Below are positions 1-11,308 of a DNA stretch of 64,000 nucleotides, piece by piece. The translations under genes and the position numbers were made by a program. The notes under the pieces were generated by a model that saw only the letters and a program-made list of their open reading frames with translations, did not search any database and was not told the DNA's origin. Origin of the DNA: Spirochaetia bacterium (GTDB lineage: Bacteria; Spirochaetota; Spirochaetia; SZUA-6; Bin103); the NCBI GenBank assembly GCA_965198005.1, contig CBDAOI010000004.1, positions 1,472,001 through 1,536,000 on the forward strand, read 5' to 3'. Every line of letters starts with the position of its first letter. Position 1 is the stretch's first letter.

Positions 1-367
1 TCGGGGTGTGCCTCCGCCGCTGGTCGAGTTGCTGGAGAGCCGGGAAGTGATAAAGGTGGGGCAGGGACCGGCCGACGAATTGAAGGAGTTGCAGGAACGC
101 TGGGGGGTGCAGGTTCGTTCAGTAATAGACTTGGTGCCGATCGCGAGTGCGGCCGGTTGCCGGCCGCTGAGTTTGCGTGGTCTGGCGGCATCCTACCTGG
201 GGATCCGGATTGCCAAGGGAGCACAGACCTCCAACTGGGCGGCGGCTCAGCTCAGCGCGCGGCAACAGCGCTACGCCGCCACCGACGCGTGGGCGTGCCG
301 GGAAATCTACCGCGCCATGGGCTGCCCCGGCAGCGGCGCCGCGAGCCCGGGGACGGGTCAGGGATGA
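1..367 (+). CDS. 3'-5' exonuclease (WRN/RNase D-like DEDDy), probably 5'-truncated by the window edge
   Basis: KVG..., SLRGLAASYLG, QTSNW and YAATDAW motifs of the WRN_exo family. Confidence 0.85.
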   Translation, partial: RGVPPPLVELLESREVIKVGQGPADELKELQERWGVQVRSVIDLVPIASAAGCRPLSLRGLAASYLGIRIAKGAQTSNWAAAQLSARQQRYAATDAWACREIYRAMGCPGSGAASPGTGQG

Positions 368-978
368 AGCGCGCCGTGCGCCCGGTCGGGATCGCCGCGG
401 TGGTGATCGCGCTGGCCACCTTGACCTCCTGCCTCAGCGTCGAGTCCCATTTTTCGTTCAAGGCAGACGGCTCCGGCCAGCTTCGTCTGGTCTATCGCAT
501 CGCGGGTTCGCTGGCCCGGCTCGGTGGCAACGGCAGTACGCAGCTCCCGATCAACGAGGAAGACTTCCGCACCGCGGCCGCGGCGGTGGACGGGGTGGAA
601 TTGATCGAATACCGGTTTCAGGACACGCACGACCAGATCGAAATCAGTGCGACCTTGCGCTTCGACCAGGTGGAGCGGCTGGCGGACGTGCCCAGCCTGT
701 CCACCCTCGAGGCACGTCTCCAGGGTGGCGATCCGGCCACCTTCGAACAGCTCATTGCCACCGCCGGCGCGGTGCCGGTGCTCGAGGCCGAGGCGCTCGA
801 TTTGCTCAGGTCGCTGCTGGCGGGTCACGAGGTCCGGTTCGTGGTGCAGGCCCCCCGGCAGATCCGCCGCCACAGCGACGGCGCCCTGTCCGACGACGGG
901 CGGGTCGTGGAGCTCTCGATCCCGCTGGTGAACTACATGCTGCTCAACGAACGCCGGACCCTGACCGTCGAGTGGTGA
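364..978 (+). CDS. Hypothetical lipoprotein
   Basis: ATG at 364 overlaps the upstream stop (ATGA); signal peptide with lipobox-like LTSC. Confidence 0.7.
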   Translation: MKRAVRPVGIAAVVIALATLTSCLSVESHFSFKADGSGQLRLVYRIAGSLARLGGNGSTQLPINEEDFRTAAAAVDGVELIEYRFQDTHDQIEISATLRFDQVERLADVPSLSTLEARLQGGDPATFEQLIATAGAVPVLEAEALDLLRSLLAGHEVRFVVQAPRQIRRHSDGALSDDGRVVELSIPLVNYMLLNERRTLTVEW

Positions 979-1015
979 GGGCGCACCGTTCGTCGGCGTT
1001 CGTCGGTTTCGCGCG

Positions 1016-1044
1016 TTGACAGATCGGGGACGGGTGACGATATT
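1016..1044 (+). promoter_or_regulatory. Putative sigma70 promoter of the ATPase operon
   Basis: TTGACA at 1016-1021, 17-nt spacer, weak -10 GATATT. Confidence 0.45.
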
Positions 1045-1118
1045 TACCGCAATCCAAAGAGGAACCTTCGCACCTGCTCGCTTTCGGTCCCCGACGGGGC
1101 CACGGCGCGGCGCCGGAT

Positions 1119-1191
1119 CGCGGGTTCAGGAGATGACCCGTGCTGTGCGGCACCGGGCTTGCCCGGCGGGCAAATGGGCTTCGCCGGGCAA
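1119..1191 (+). ncRNA. Candidate Na+-I (DUF1646 motif) riboswitch in the ATPase leader
   Basis: CGGGTT/GACCCG stem, then TGCTGTGC and a CCGGGC/GCCCGG hairpin with a competing 10-bp helix; lies upstream of a Na+-type ATPase. Motif match is from memory, not computed. Confidence 0.55.
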
Positions 1192-1239
1192 CAAACATGA
1201 CGTGCCGTCGGACGGCACCAGCAGGAGATCACAGCGTCC

Positions 1240-1548
1240 ATGGATGTCCTCAAGGATGTGAAGAACGCAGAGGCGGAGGCAGCGCGGATCGAGGCGGAAT
1301 ACCGCGCCCGCGCAGACGACCTGGTGGCCACCTGCGCAGCCGACCTGCAACGCCGGCGGCAGGAACGCACGGCCGCGGTGGAACGGGAGTTGCAGCAGTA
1401 CCGTGACGACCTCCGTCGTAAGCTGGCCGACGACAAACGCGCCGTACAGGAAACCGGCGCCCGCGACCTGGAGCAGCTCGAGTGGCATGCCGCCGCCAAC
1501 CGCGGAGCGGCCGTCGCCGCCGTCCTCTCCAAGCTGAACGCGCGTTAG
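1240..1548 (+). CDS. V/A-type ATPase subunit H/G (peripheral stalk)
   Basis: MDVLKDVKNAEAEA coiled coil, 102 aa, first gene of the operon, AGGAG SD. Confidence 0.75.
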   Translation: MDVLKDVKNAEAEAARIEAEYRARADDLVATCAADLQRRRQERTAAVERELQQYRDDLRRKLADDKRAVQETGARDLEQLEWHAAANRGAAVAAVLSKLNAR

Positions 1549-3569
1549 TGGCGATCGCACAACTCACCAAGGCCGAACTGGTCGTCGCGCGCGATCAGGT
1601 GCCGGCGCTGCTCGGGGCGCTGGAGCGCGCCGCGATGCTGCACGTCGATGACGTGCACGACCAGTTGCCGGAGGAGATCGCCGAGTGGGAGGAGCGGGAG
1701 CCGCCCGACACCGCAGCCGTGGACACGGTCCTGGCGTCAACCCGGTGGATCCTCGATCTGTTTCAGCGCTTCGCTCCCCACAAGACCGGTCTGCTGGAGG
1801 ATTTTTTCGGGTCGCCGCCCTTGGTCGACGAAGCGGAGTTTTCGCGGCTGGTGGATTCGGTCGACGTGGCGGCCTACCGCGCGCAGCTCGAGACGCGATT
1901 GGCCGAGTATGACGAGGTGGTCGGTGAGATCGGCGCGCTGCGGGACCGCGCGGATACCATTGCCCCGTGGCAAGAGCTGGCCGTCGACCTGGCCGCGGTG
2001 GCCCAGGGCAGCTACGCCGCCCTGACCGCAATCCGCTTTCCGACCGCGGCGGCCGAGCAGCTCGGCGAGCTGTTGCGGCACGTCGGCGGTCACCTGCGGC
2101 TTGCGCCGGTAGGTGAACAGGGCAAGCTGTCGTATGCCGTGGTGGCGTCGCTGCCGGCGGACCTCGATCCCGTGCGCGTCGCGCTGCGGCAGGTGCGCGC
2201 CGAAGAGGTGGAGCTGCCGAGGCTGCATACCTCCCCCGCCGCCGCGCTGGGCGCCGCCCGCACCCGGATCGACGAGCTCGAGCGCCGCCGGACCGAATTG
2301 ACGGCGGCGTTCACGGCGGAGGCGCAGCGGCGGCGGCGCGCGGTGCAGGCGATCTCCGACGAGTACGAGGATCGCCGCCGCACCCTGGACGCGCGCAGCC
2401 GCCTGTTCTTCAGCCGGCACGCCGCGGTGGTGGTGGGCTGGGTGGAAGGTGACCGGCAGCACGCACTGCAACAGCTCTTGACTCGGGACCACCCGGACGT
2501 CCGGTTCCGACTGTCGGCGCCGGCGGCCGGCGACCGTCCCCCGGTAAAGCTGAACAACCGAAAGCTGGTGCGGCCGTTTCAGACGCTGATCACCATGTAC
2601 GGCCTCCCCAACTACTTCGGGATCGATCCCACCCCGTTCGTGGCGGTGGCCATGACCGTGTTCTACGCCATCGCCCTCGGCGACTTCGGGTACGGTCTGG
2701 TGCAGATGCTGCTCGCGCTCTGGCTCCGGCGGCGCTTTCAATCGGCCGGCGAGACCCGTCTGTTCCTCACCATGTTCGCGTACATGGGAGTCGCCACGCT
2801 GGTGGTCGGGGTGCTGACCTGGAGTTTCTTCGGCTTCTCGCCGGGGGTGTCGTCGGACCCGGGAGCCAAGTTTCTCGGCGTCCTGCCGCTGATCAACCCC
2901 ACGCGGGACATCATCCCGCTGATCGGATTCGCGGTCGGCGTGGGCATCCTGTTTCAGCTCGCCTCGATCGCCGCCGGCTTCGTCAATCTGCTCAAGCGCG
3001 GCGATCGCGCCGGCGCCTTCTGCGACAACCTGGCGTGGTTCGTGCTGCTGGTCGGCGGTCTGTTGATGGTAGCGGGGCTGGTCACCGGTCAGTCGGCGCT
3101 GACCACCGCGGGCGCGGTCCTCGGCGCCGCCGGCGCGCTGACCATCGTGCTGTTTGCGGGACGCGGCAGCGGCAACGTCGTCGCCCGCATCCTGGCCGGC
3201 GTGGTCTCGCTGTACGGGATCGTCGGCTACTACGGCCTGGTAGGATTCTTCTCCGACACGCTGTCCTACATGCGGCTGGCCATCCTGAACATGACCTCGT
3301 CGTTCATCGCCTTTGTGGCGCAGGTGATCGGCGGCTTGTTTCTCGGCGGCGGCGGCTCGGTCGTGCTGGTGGTGGTGGCGGCGGTGATCGGCGGGGTGAT
3401 ATTCGTGTTCTTTCACGTGCTCAATCTGGTGTTGTCGATGCTGGGTGCATTCGTGCACTCGCTCCGGTTGAATTATCTGGAGTCGTTCCAGCGCTACTAC
3501 CCCGATGGGGGCAGGGCGTTTGCGCCACTGCAGCGCGCCGGCCGCTATTTCAGGCGGTCCGATGCGTAG
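1548..3569 (+). CDS. atpI: V/A-type ATPase subunit I (a)
   Basis: GTG start overlapping the upstream TAG; DPTP, GDFGYG, LSYMRL and HSLRLNYLE motifs. Confidence 0.95.
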   Translation: MAIAQLTKAELVVARDQVPALLGALERAAMLHVDDVHDQLPEEIAEWEEREPPDTAAVDTVLASTRWILDLFQRFAPHKTGLLEDFFGSPPLVDEAEFSRLVDSVDVAAYRAQLETRLAEYDEVVGEIGALRDRADTIAPWQELAVDLAAVAQGSYAALTAIRFPTAAAEQLGELLRHVGGHLRLAPVGEQGKLSYAVVASLPADLDPVRVALRQVRAEEVELPRLHTSPAAALGAARTRIDELERRRTELTAAFTAEAQRRRRAVQAISDEYEDRRRTLDARSRLFFSRHAAVVVGWVEGDRQHALQQLLTRDHPDVRFRLSAPAAGDRPPVKLNNRKLVRPFQTLITMYGLPNYFGIDPTPFVAVAMTVFYAIALGDFGYGLVQMLLALWLRRRFQSAGETRLFLTMFAYMGVATLVVGVLTWSFFGFSPGVSSDPGAKFLGVLPLINPTRDIIPLIGFAVGVGILFQLASIAAGFVNLLKRGDRAGAFCDNLAWFVLLVGGLLMVAGLVTGQSALTTAGAVLGAAGALTIVLFAGRGSGNVVARILAGVVSLYGIVGYYGLVGFFSDTLSYMRLAILNMTSSFIAFVAQVIGGLFLGGGGSVVLVVVAAVIGGVIFVFFHVLNLVLSMLGAFVHSLRLNYLESFQRYYPDGGRAFAPLQRAGRYFRRSDA

Positions 3570-3601
3570 CGGAGACGCACTATAGAATGGAGGATAGGTA
3601 G

Positions 3602-4087
3602 ATGATTTCGTTGGGATTCGCCATCGCGCTCCTTGGAGGGGGATTGGCGGCGGGGCTGGCCGCGTACGGCTCGTCGGTGGGCGTCGGTCTGGCCGGAGAG
3701 ATGGCCGGCGGGGTGATCTCGGAGGATCCGGACAAGTTCGGCTCGATGCTGATCCTGCAGGCGTTGCCCGCCACCCAGTCGATTTACGGCTTGGTGGTCG
3801 CGATCCTGGTCCTGGTACGGATCGAGGGGTTCAACGCCGACCTGCGCATGGTGGAGCTGCCGTTGGCCTCGGGCCTGGCGATTTTCGCGGCCTGCGTGCC
3901 GGCCATGTTCGGAGAGCTGATCTCGGCCATCTGGCAGGGCAAGGTGGCGGTGTCGTCCATGGGCGTGGTGGCGAAGAAGCCGGACGCCTTTGGCCGAGCG
4001 GTCATCATGCCGGTGCTGGTCGAGACCTTCGGGCTGTTCGCCCTGATCGCGACCATCATCATCCTGATGGTGGTGATCGAGCTGTAG
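3602..4087 (+). CDS. atpK: V/A-type ATPase subunit K (c), four-helix, Na+-type
   Basis: LQALPATQSIYG, SAIWQG and VETF motifs resembling Enterococcus NtpK. Confidence 0.95.
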   Translation: MISLGFAIALLGGGLAAGLAAYGSSVGVGLAGEMAGGVISEDPDKFGSMLILQALPATQSIYGLVVAILVLVRIEGFNADLRMVELPLASGLAIFAACVPAMFGELISAIWQGKVAVSSMGVVAKKPDAFGRAVIMPVLVETFGLFALIATIIILMVVIEL

Positions 4088-4100
4088 CGCTGGCGGCACC

Positions 4101-4661
4101 ATGGCCGAGAATATCGTCGACCAGATAACGGATGCCGCCCGGCGTACGGGAGAGCAACTCCTCGGTGCGGCGCAGGAGCGGTACGATGCCGACTTCAAGG
4201 CCGGCAGCGCCGCCATTGAGCGGGACGCCGCGGAGGCGCGCCGCCGTGGCCGCCGGCAGGCGGAGGAAGCGATTCAGCGCGAGTTGTCGTCCGCGCGGCT
4301 GGACCAGCGGCGCAAGGCGCACACCTGCAAGCGGCGCCTGCTGGACGAGGTGTACGAGCAGGCGTGGCAGGAGCTTGTGACCGAGGACAACTACCGTGCC
4401 TGGCTGGAGGCGCAACTCGCCAGGCATGCCCGGCGCGGCGACCTGATCATGGTTGCGGCCCGCGAGCGGGAGCGGTTCGCCGGCGACCTGAGCGGGTTGC
4501 TGCAAGCCCACGGAGTGCGGTTGTCCGACGAGGTGGGACGGTTTCGGGCCGGGTTCGTGATCGACCGGGGTGCGACTAGGTTGAACTGCTCGCTCAATGA
4601 GGAGTTCCGGGCGCTGGCGGTGGACACCGAAGTCGAGATCAGCGGAGTGCTGTTTCCGTGA
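4101..4661 (+). CDS. atpE: V/A-type ATPase subunit E
   Basis: Operon position, N-terminal coiled coil, C-terminal GFVI...NCSL...VLF. Confidence 0.85.
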   Translation: MAENIVDQITDAARRTGEQLLGAAQERYDADFKAGSAAIERDAAEARRRGRRQAEEAIQRELSSARLDQRRKAHTCKRRLLDEVYEQAWQELVTEDNYRAWLEAQLARHARRGDLIMVAARERERFAGDLSGLLQAHGVRLSDEVGRFRAGFVIDRGATRLNCSLNEEFRALAVDTEVEISGVLFP

Positions 4662-5704
4662 CCGAGGCGGACTACAACTACCTGTACGGCCTGATCCGCA
4701 GCCGCGAAGGCGAATTGATCGACGCCGCACGGCTGCGCGCCCTGGTGGGGATGGCCGGGATCGACGAGATCGTGCAGATCTACCCTGAATCGCCGTTTCT
4801 CGATGCCTTTGCCCCCGACCTCGACGAGGCTGCTCTGGAGCGTGCCATCGCGAGCGAGCAGGCCGATCTGCGCTGGCTGATCGACCGCTACGCGCCCGAG
4901 CCGGCGCTGCGGGAGCTGCTGCTGGTGCCGCGCGATCTGTACAACCTCAAGGTGGCGCTGCGCATGGACGCGAAACCGCCGGCGGCGGAGGAGGCGGCCC
5001 TGTATGGTCCCGAGGGCACACGCAGCGTGGCGGCGATTCGTGCCGCCGTGGCCGGGGAAGGCCCGGCGCTGACCTCCGCCGGCGACACCGACCGGGCGAG
5101 CCGGGCGCTGGCGCGGATCCTGGAGCGGGCGCTGGCCGCGTTTCATGCCGCCGGCCGCAGCGGCCAGGTGCTGGAGCTGGCCATCGACCGCCTGAGCCAC
5201 CTGTTTCAGGGCGCTACCGCGGTCGCGGCGTCCCCGGAGGTGGGGTCGGTCTACGCCGACCACGCCGCCATCGCGGCCGGCGAGCTGCTGGCCCGCGGCC
5301 GCGCGGCCGGGCTGCCGTGGGCGGTGGTGCGCTGGGGGCTGCTGGAGCTGCCGGGCCAGGCCGACCTGGAAGAGCTGTACGCCGCGCCGCCGACCGAATG
5401 GGGTAGCCGCCTGGCCGGCTTCAGCGGCGTGCTGCGCGCGTTGCTGGCGCGGGTCGCGGAGGGCGCCGAAACCGGCGCCGCGGTACGCGCCCAGCAGGAG
5501 GCGGTCGACCGGCGCGTCGCCGCGTGGCGGTTCGCTCCCGCGTCGTTCGCGTTCGCGGTCTACTATCTGAGGAAGAAGCGCGCCGATCTGGACACATTGC
5601 GGCTGATCTGTCTGGCCAAGCTCAAGGGCGTGCCCGAGGCTGCCATCGGCGCCCGCGCCGGCGGTCCGTTCATGGGTGTGCCGCAGGCCGCGCTGGCGGC
5701 GTAG
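4658..5704 (+). CDS. atpC: V/A-type ATPase subunit C (d)
   Basis: Y.YLYGLIRSRE, DLYNLKV and LRLI..AKLKG motifs; operon position. Confidence 0.85.
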   Translation: MTEADYNYLYGLIRSREGELIDAARLRALVGMAGIDEIVQIYPESPFLDAFAPDLDEAALERAIASEQADLRWLIDRYAPEPALRELLLVPRDLYNLKVALRMDAKPPAAEEAALYGPEGTRSVAAIRAAVAGEGPALTSAGDTDRASRALARILERALAAFHAAGRSGQVLELAIDRLSHLFQGATAVAASPEVGSVYADHAAIAAGELLARGRAAGLPWAVVRWGLLELPGQADLEELYAAPPTEWGSRLAGFSGVLRALLARVAEGAETGAAVRAQQEAVDRRVAAWRFAPASFAFAVYYLRKKRADLDTLRLICLAKLKGVPEAAIGARAGGPFMGVPQAALAA

Positions 5705-5705
5705 C

Positions 5706-6083
5706 ATGGCTGAGAACCGCACCTTTCACATCGCCATGATCGGCGACAGCTCCACGGTGCGCGGCTTCGCGGCCGGCGGCGTCCACGCCTATCCGGCCGC
5801 CGCCAGCGACGCGGCGCTGGCCACCCTGCGCGAGCTGGTGGCCGGCGGCAGGTACGCGATCATCTTCATCACCGAGACGCTGGCGGAGCCGATCGTGGAC
5901 ACCATCAGCCGCCTGCGCACCGGCGCGGTGCCGGCCGTGATCGTGGTCCCCGACCAGTCCGGCGCGCGCGGCATCGGCTTCGAAAAAACCCGTCTGGCGG
6001 TAGAACGCGCCATCGGCATCGACCTCCTCGGCCAGACCCGCCAGCGCCAGGCCGAGGCGGACACCAAGGGCGTGACACCCTGA
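5706..6083 (+). CDS. atpF: V/A-type ATPase subunit F
   Basis: IAMIGD...GF..GG, IIFITE, VERAIGIDL. Confidence 0.9.
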   Translation: MAENRTFHIAMIGDSSTVRGFAAGGVHAYPAAASDAALATLRELVAGGRYAIIFITETLAEPIVDTISRLRTGAVPAVIVVPDQSGARGIGFEKTRLAVERAIGIDLLGQTRQRQAEADTKGVTP

Positions 6084-6107
6084 ACCACAAGGAAGGTGTG
6101 AAAGAGC

Positions 6108-7900
<1,793 letters not shown>

Positions 7901-7901
<1 letters not shown>

Positions 7902-9307
7902 TGATCAAGGAGTACCGCAGTGCGCGCGGCCTGGACGGGCCGCTGATGATCGTGGAAGAGGTGGAGGACGTCACCTACGGCGAGTTGGCGGACGTGGAGC
8001 TGCCGGACGGCTCGGTGCGGCGCGGGCAGGTGCTGGAGGCGGCCGCCGGGCGCGCCCTGGTCCAACTGTTCGAGGCGCCGCAGGGGATCGCCACCAGTCT
8101 GGCCACGGTGCGCTTCACCGGCCAGCGCATGACCGCGCGCGTGTCGCGGGAGATGCTGGGGCGCATCCTCAACGGCATCGGCGAGCCGCTGGACGACGCC
8201 GGCGACGTGATCCCCGAGCAGTTGCGCGACATCAACGGCGCGCCGATCAACCCCTACGCGCGCGACTTCCCGTCGGAGTTCATCCAGACCGGGATCTCCG
8301 CCATCGACGGCAACCTGACCCTGGTGCGCGGCCAGAAGCTGCCGATTTTTTCAGGGTCCGGATTGCCGCACTCGGAACTGGCGGCGCAGATCGCACGGCA
8401 GGCGCGCACCCTGCACGGAGAGGAACCGTTCGCGGTGGTGTTCGCGGCGATGGGCATCACCTTCGAGGAAGCCAACTTCTTCATGGAGGATTTTCGGCGC
8501 ACCGGAGCCATCGAGCGGGCGGTGTTGTTCATCAACCTGGCCGACGACCCGGTGATCGAGCGCATCTCGATTCCGCGCGTGGCGCTGACCACGGCGGAGT
8601 ACCTGGCGTTCGACTGCGACATGCACGTGCTGGTGATCCTCACCGACATGACCAACTACTGCGACGCCCTGCGCGAGATCTCGTCGGCGCGCAAGGAGGT
8701 GCCGGGCCGGCGCGCCTACCCCGGCTACATGTACACCGACCTGTCGCTGATCTACGAGCGGGCGGGGCGGATCAAGGGCAAGAGCGGCTCGATCACCCAG
8801 ATCCCGATTTTGAGCATGCCCGAGGATGACAAGACCCACCCGATCCCGGACCTCACCGGTTACATCACCGAGGGGCAGGTGCTGCTCAGCCGCTCCCTGT
8901 ACCGCAAGGGCGTGGTGCCGCCCATCGACGTGCTGCCGTCGCTGTCGCGGCTCATGCAGAAGGGCATCGGCGAGGGCAGCACCCGCGAGGATCACTCGGG
9001 CGTGGCCAACCAGTTGTTCGCCGCCTACGCCCGCGGCGTCGATGCGCGCGAGCTGGCGGTGGTGCTGGGCGAGGCGGCGCTGACCCCGATCGACCGCCAG
9101 TACGCCACCTTCGCCGAGCAGTTCGAGCAGCGCTACGTGAACCAGGGCTTCCACGAGAACCGCACCATCGAGGACACCCTGACCATCGGCTGGCAACTCC
9201 TGGAGCTGCTGCCGCGCGCGGAGCTGACCCGTATCGACACCGAGCTGCTCGACCAGTACCTGGCCGAGGCCGCTCCGGAGCCCGCCGCCGTGGCTGCGGC
9301 CACGTAG
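7901..9307 (+). CDS. atpB: V/A-type ATPase subunit B
   Basis: [44 protein letters not shown]. Confidence 0.98.
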
Positions 9308-9335
9308 TAAGGCTCCGCCCCGGGCCTGAGCAAGA

Positions 9336-9956
9336 ATGGCGACGGTTGCCGTCAGTCCCAACCGCATGGAGCTGCTGCGCATGAAGAAGAAGCAGCAGTT
9401 CGCGCAGCGCGGCCACAAGCTGCTGAAGGACAAGCTGGAGGGGCTGCTCAAGGACTTCACCGGCATCGTCCAGGAGTACGCGGTGCTGCGCAGCCAGGTC
9501 GACAGCGAGCTCGGCGAGCTGTTCCAGCAGTTCATCGTGGCCTCGGCGTCGATGCCGGCGGAAGTGTACCGCAGCGCCTTGGCGTTCCCGGAGTGCGAGG
9601 CGGAGCTCACCATGACCGAGAAACTGATCATGAACGTGCGCGTGCCGGTATTCTCGTTCGCGATCGAGGGCAACCTGCTCTCCTACGGCACCGACGGCAC
9701 CGTGGTCGAGCTCGATCAGGCCATCGTCAAGCTCAAGGAGGTCCTGGAACGCCTGGTCAAGCTCGCCGAGGCGGAAAAGACCATCGAGCTGGTCGCCGAC
9801 GAGATCGAAAAGACCCGCCGCCGCGTCAACGCCCTGGAGTACGTCCTCATCCCCCAACAGGCCGAAATCATCCGCGTCATCTCCTCCAAGCTGGAAGAGC
9901 TGGAACGCGGCAACATCACCCGCCTCATGCGCATCAAACAACTCCTCGCGATGTAG
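9336..9956 (+). CDS. atpD: V/A-type ATPase subunit D
   Basis: PNRMEL...GHKLLKDK, EIEKTRRRVNALEY. Confidence 0.96.
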   Translation: MATVAVSPNRMELLRMKKKQQFAQRGHKLLKDKLEGLLKDFTGIVQEYAVLRSQVDSELGELFQQFIVASASMPAEVYRSALAFPECEAELTMTEKLIMNVRVPVFSFAIEGNLLSYGTDGTVVELDQAIVKLKEVLERLVKLAEAEKTIELVADEIEKTRRRVNALEYVLIPQQAEIIRVISSKLEELERGNITRLMRIKQLLAM

Positions 9957-10118
9957 GGCGGGCCCGTGATGGTAGACAGGTAGCCTCTGCGCGGCATAGT
10001 GTCAAACGCGACCCTCGCACCACCGAGACGAGAGCATGCCAAGGGGCACATCGTACGGCGAGCAGATTCTGGCCATCGTCAAGCAGACCGCGAGCGACCG
10101 GTGAGAACGGCGACCGCG

Positions 10119-11135
10119 TTATTGCTGCTTGAAAATGTCACCTAATTTGTCCTTTACCTTCGTTGCCGCTCCCTCGATACCGTCCAGCACCTTGGATGCA
10201 GCCTGAGCCAACTGATCATCGCTGTCACTGAACGACCGTCGATATTCCTTCTCAGCCTCCTTCCATGCTTCGCTCGGGGGTGGGTCGCCCTCATCCCGGC
10301 GCGGATACGCGCCGCCCAGCACCCGCTGGTAAGCGCCGCTGTCCACCCAGACCTTCAGTTCAGAGAGCCGCAGTACGGGAAAGGGATGAGTCTGTCGCAG
10401 CAGGTTCAGGAACTTGTGCACGCCATCCAGCAGATCGGCTCTGGCGTGGTAGTCTCCGGCTTGTTGCAGAAACTCGCCGATCTGCATCTGCGAGGTGTCG
10501 GTGCCCCCGGCGAGCTTCATCAGTATCGTGTTGTATGCTTCCGGATTCTGGCTGGCCAGGAGACCGGCGCGGTCCGCGCTCAGTTCACTCTTGCGGTCCC
10601 ATTCCCGCAGAGCGATTTCCATGCCTCGCACCATAAGCCCTCCGATCGGAATGGCCGACAGTGACACACTCGTCAGTAGCCAAAGAAGAGTCTTGTACAG
10701 CGCGTGGCCACTGCAGCAGTGGCCCAGCTCGTGCCCCAGAACGCCGATCATCTCCTCATCGTCGAGCGCTTGCACCAGAGCCGACTGAATGACCACGAAC
10801 GGCTCTTTGGCTCCGTACACACCACCATTGAGAAACGGGCTCTGAGCGACGAACAGCTCCGGTCGACGAGGCACATCCAGACGTATGCACGCCTGCGTAA
10901 ACAGGCCGTTGAGTCCCGGAAATTGGCGCTCCGAAACCCGCACCGCCGACGCGAGGTGCAGTAGCCGCACCGATCGTTCGGTGGTAGCGCCGACGAACCA
11001 CCGGATCAACTCTGCAAGACCAGGCAGCTTCTTCAACATCGCCAGTGCCGCCTTGTCGGCCGGATGCTCCCACGCTTGCGGGCCGATCCCGGTCAGATTC
11101 CGCTTGACCCGCCCACCCATTGCCAAGTTCGCCAT
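10119..11135 (-). CDS. M48 family zinc metallopeptidase
   Basis: WEHPAD, GHELGH (HEXXH), ELSADRAG, THP; start codon uncertain. Confidence 0.88.
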   Translation of the reverse strand: MANLAMGGRVKRNLTGIGPQAWEHPADKAALAMLKKLPGLAELIRWFVGATTERSVRLLHLASAVRVSERQFPGLNGLFTQACIRLDVPRRPELFVAQSPFLNGGVYGAKEPFVVIQSALVQALDDEEMIGVLGHELGHCCSGHALYKTLLWLLTSVSLSAIPIGGLMVRGMEIALREWDRKSELSADRAGLLASQNPEAYNTILMKLAGGTDTSQMQIGEFLQQAGDYHARADLLDGVHKFLNLLRQTHPFPVLRLSELKVWVDSGAYQRVLGGAYPRRDEGDPPPSEAWKEAEKEYRRSFSDSDDQLAQAASKVLDGIEGAATKVKDKLGDIFKQQ

Positions 11136-11308
11136 GACGGCGACCATCATGCTCGCCGCGCAACACGACGTCAATAGGATTTCGGGAGCACCAGGGGCCA
11201 CCACTCCCATAGCCTCGCCTTGGCACCGTACGCAACATGGTGCAGACCCCATTGTACCATCCGCGCACCCGCTACTGGTCGGCCCAAGCAGCATCCGGTA
11301 GTTGACAC

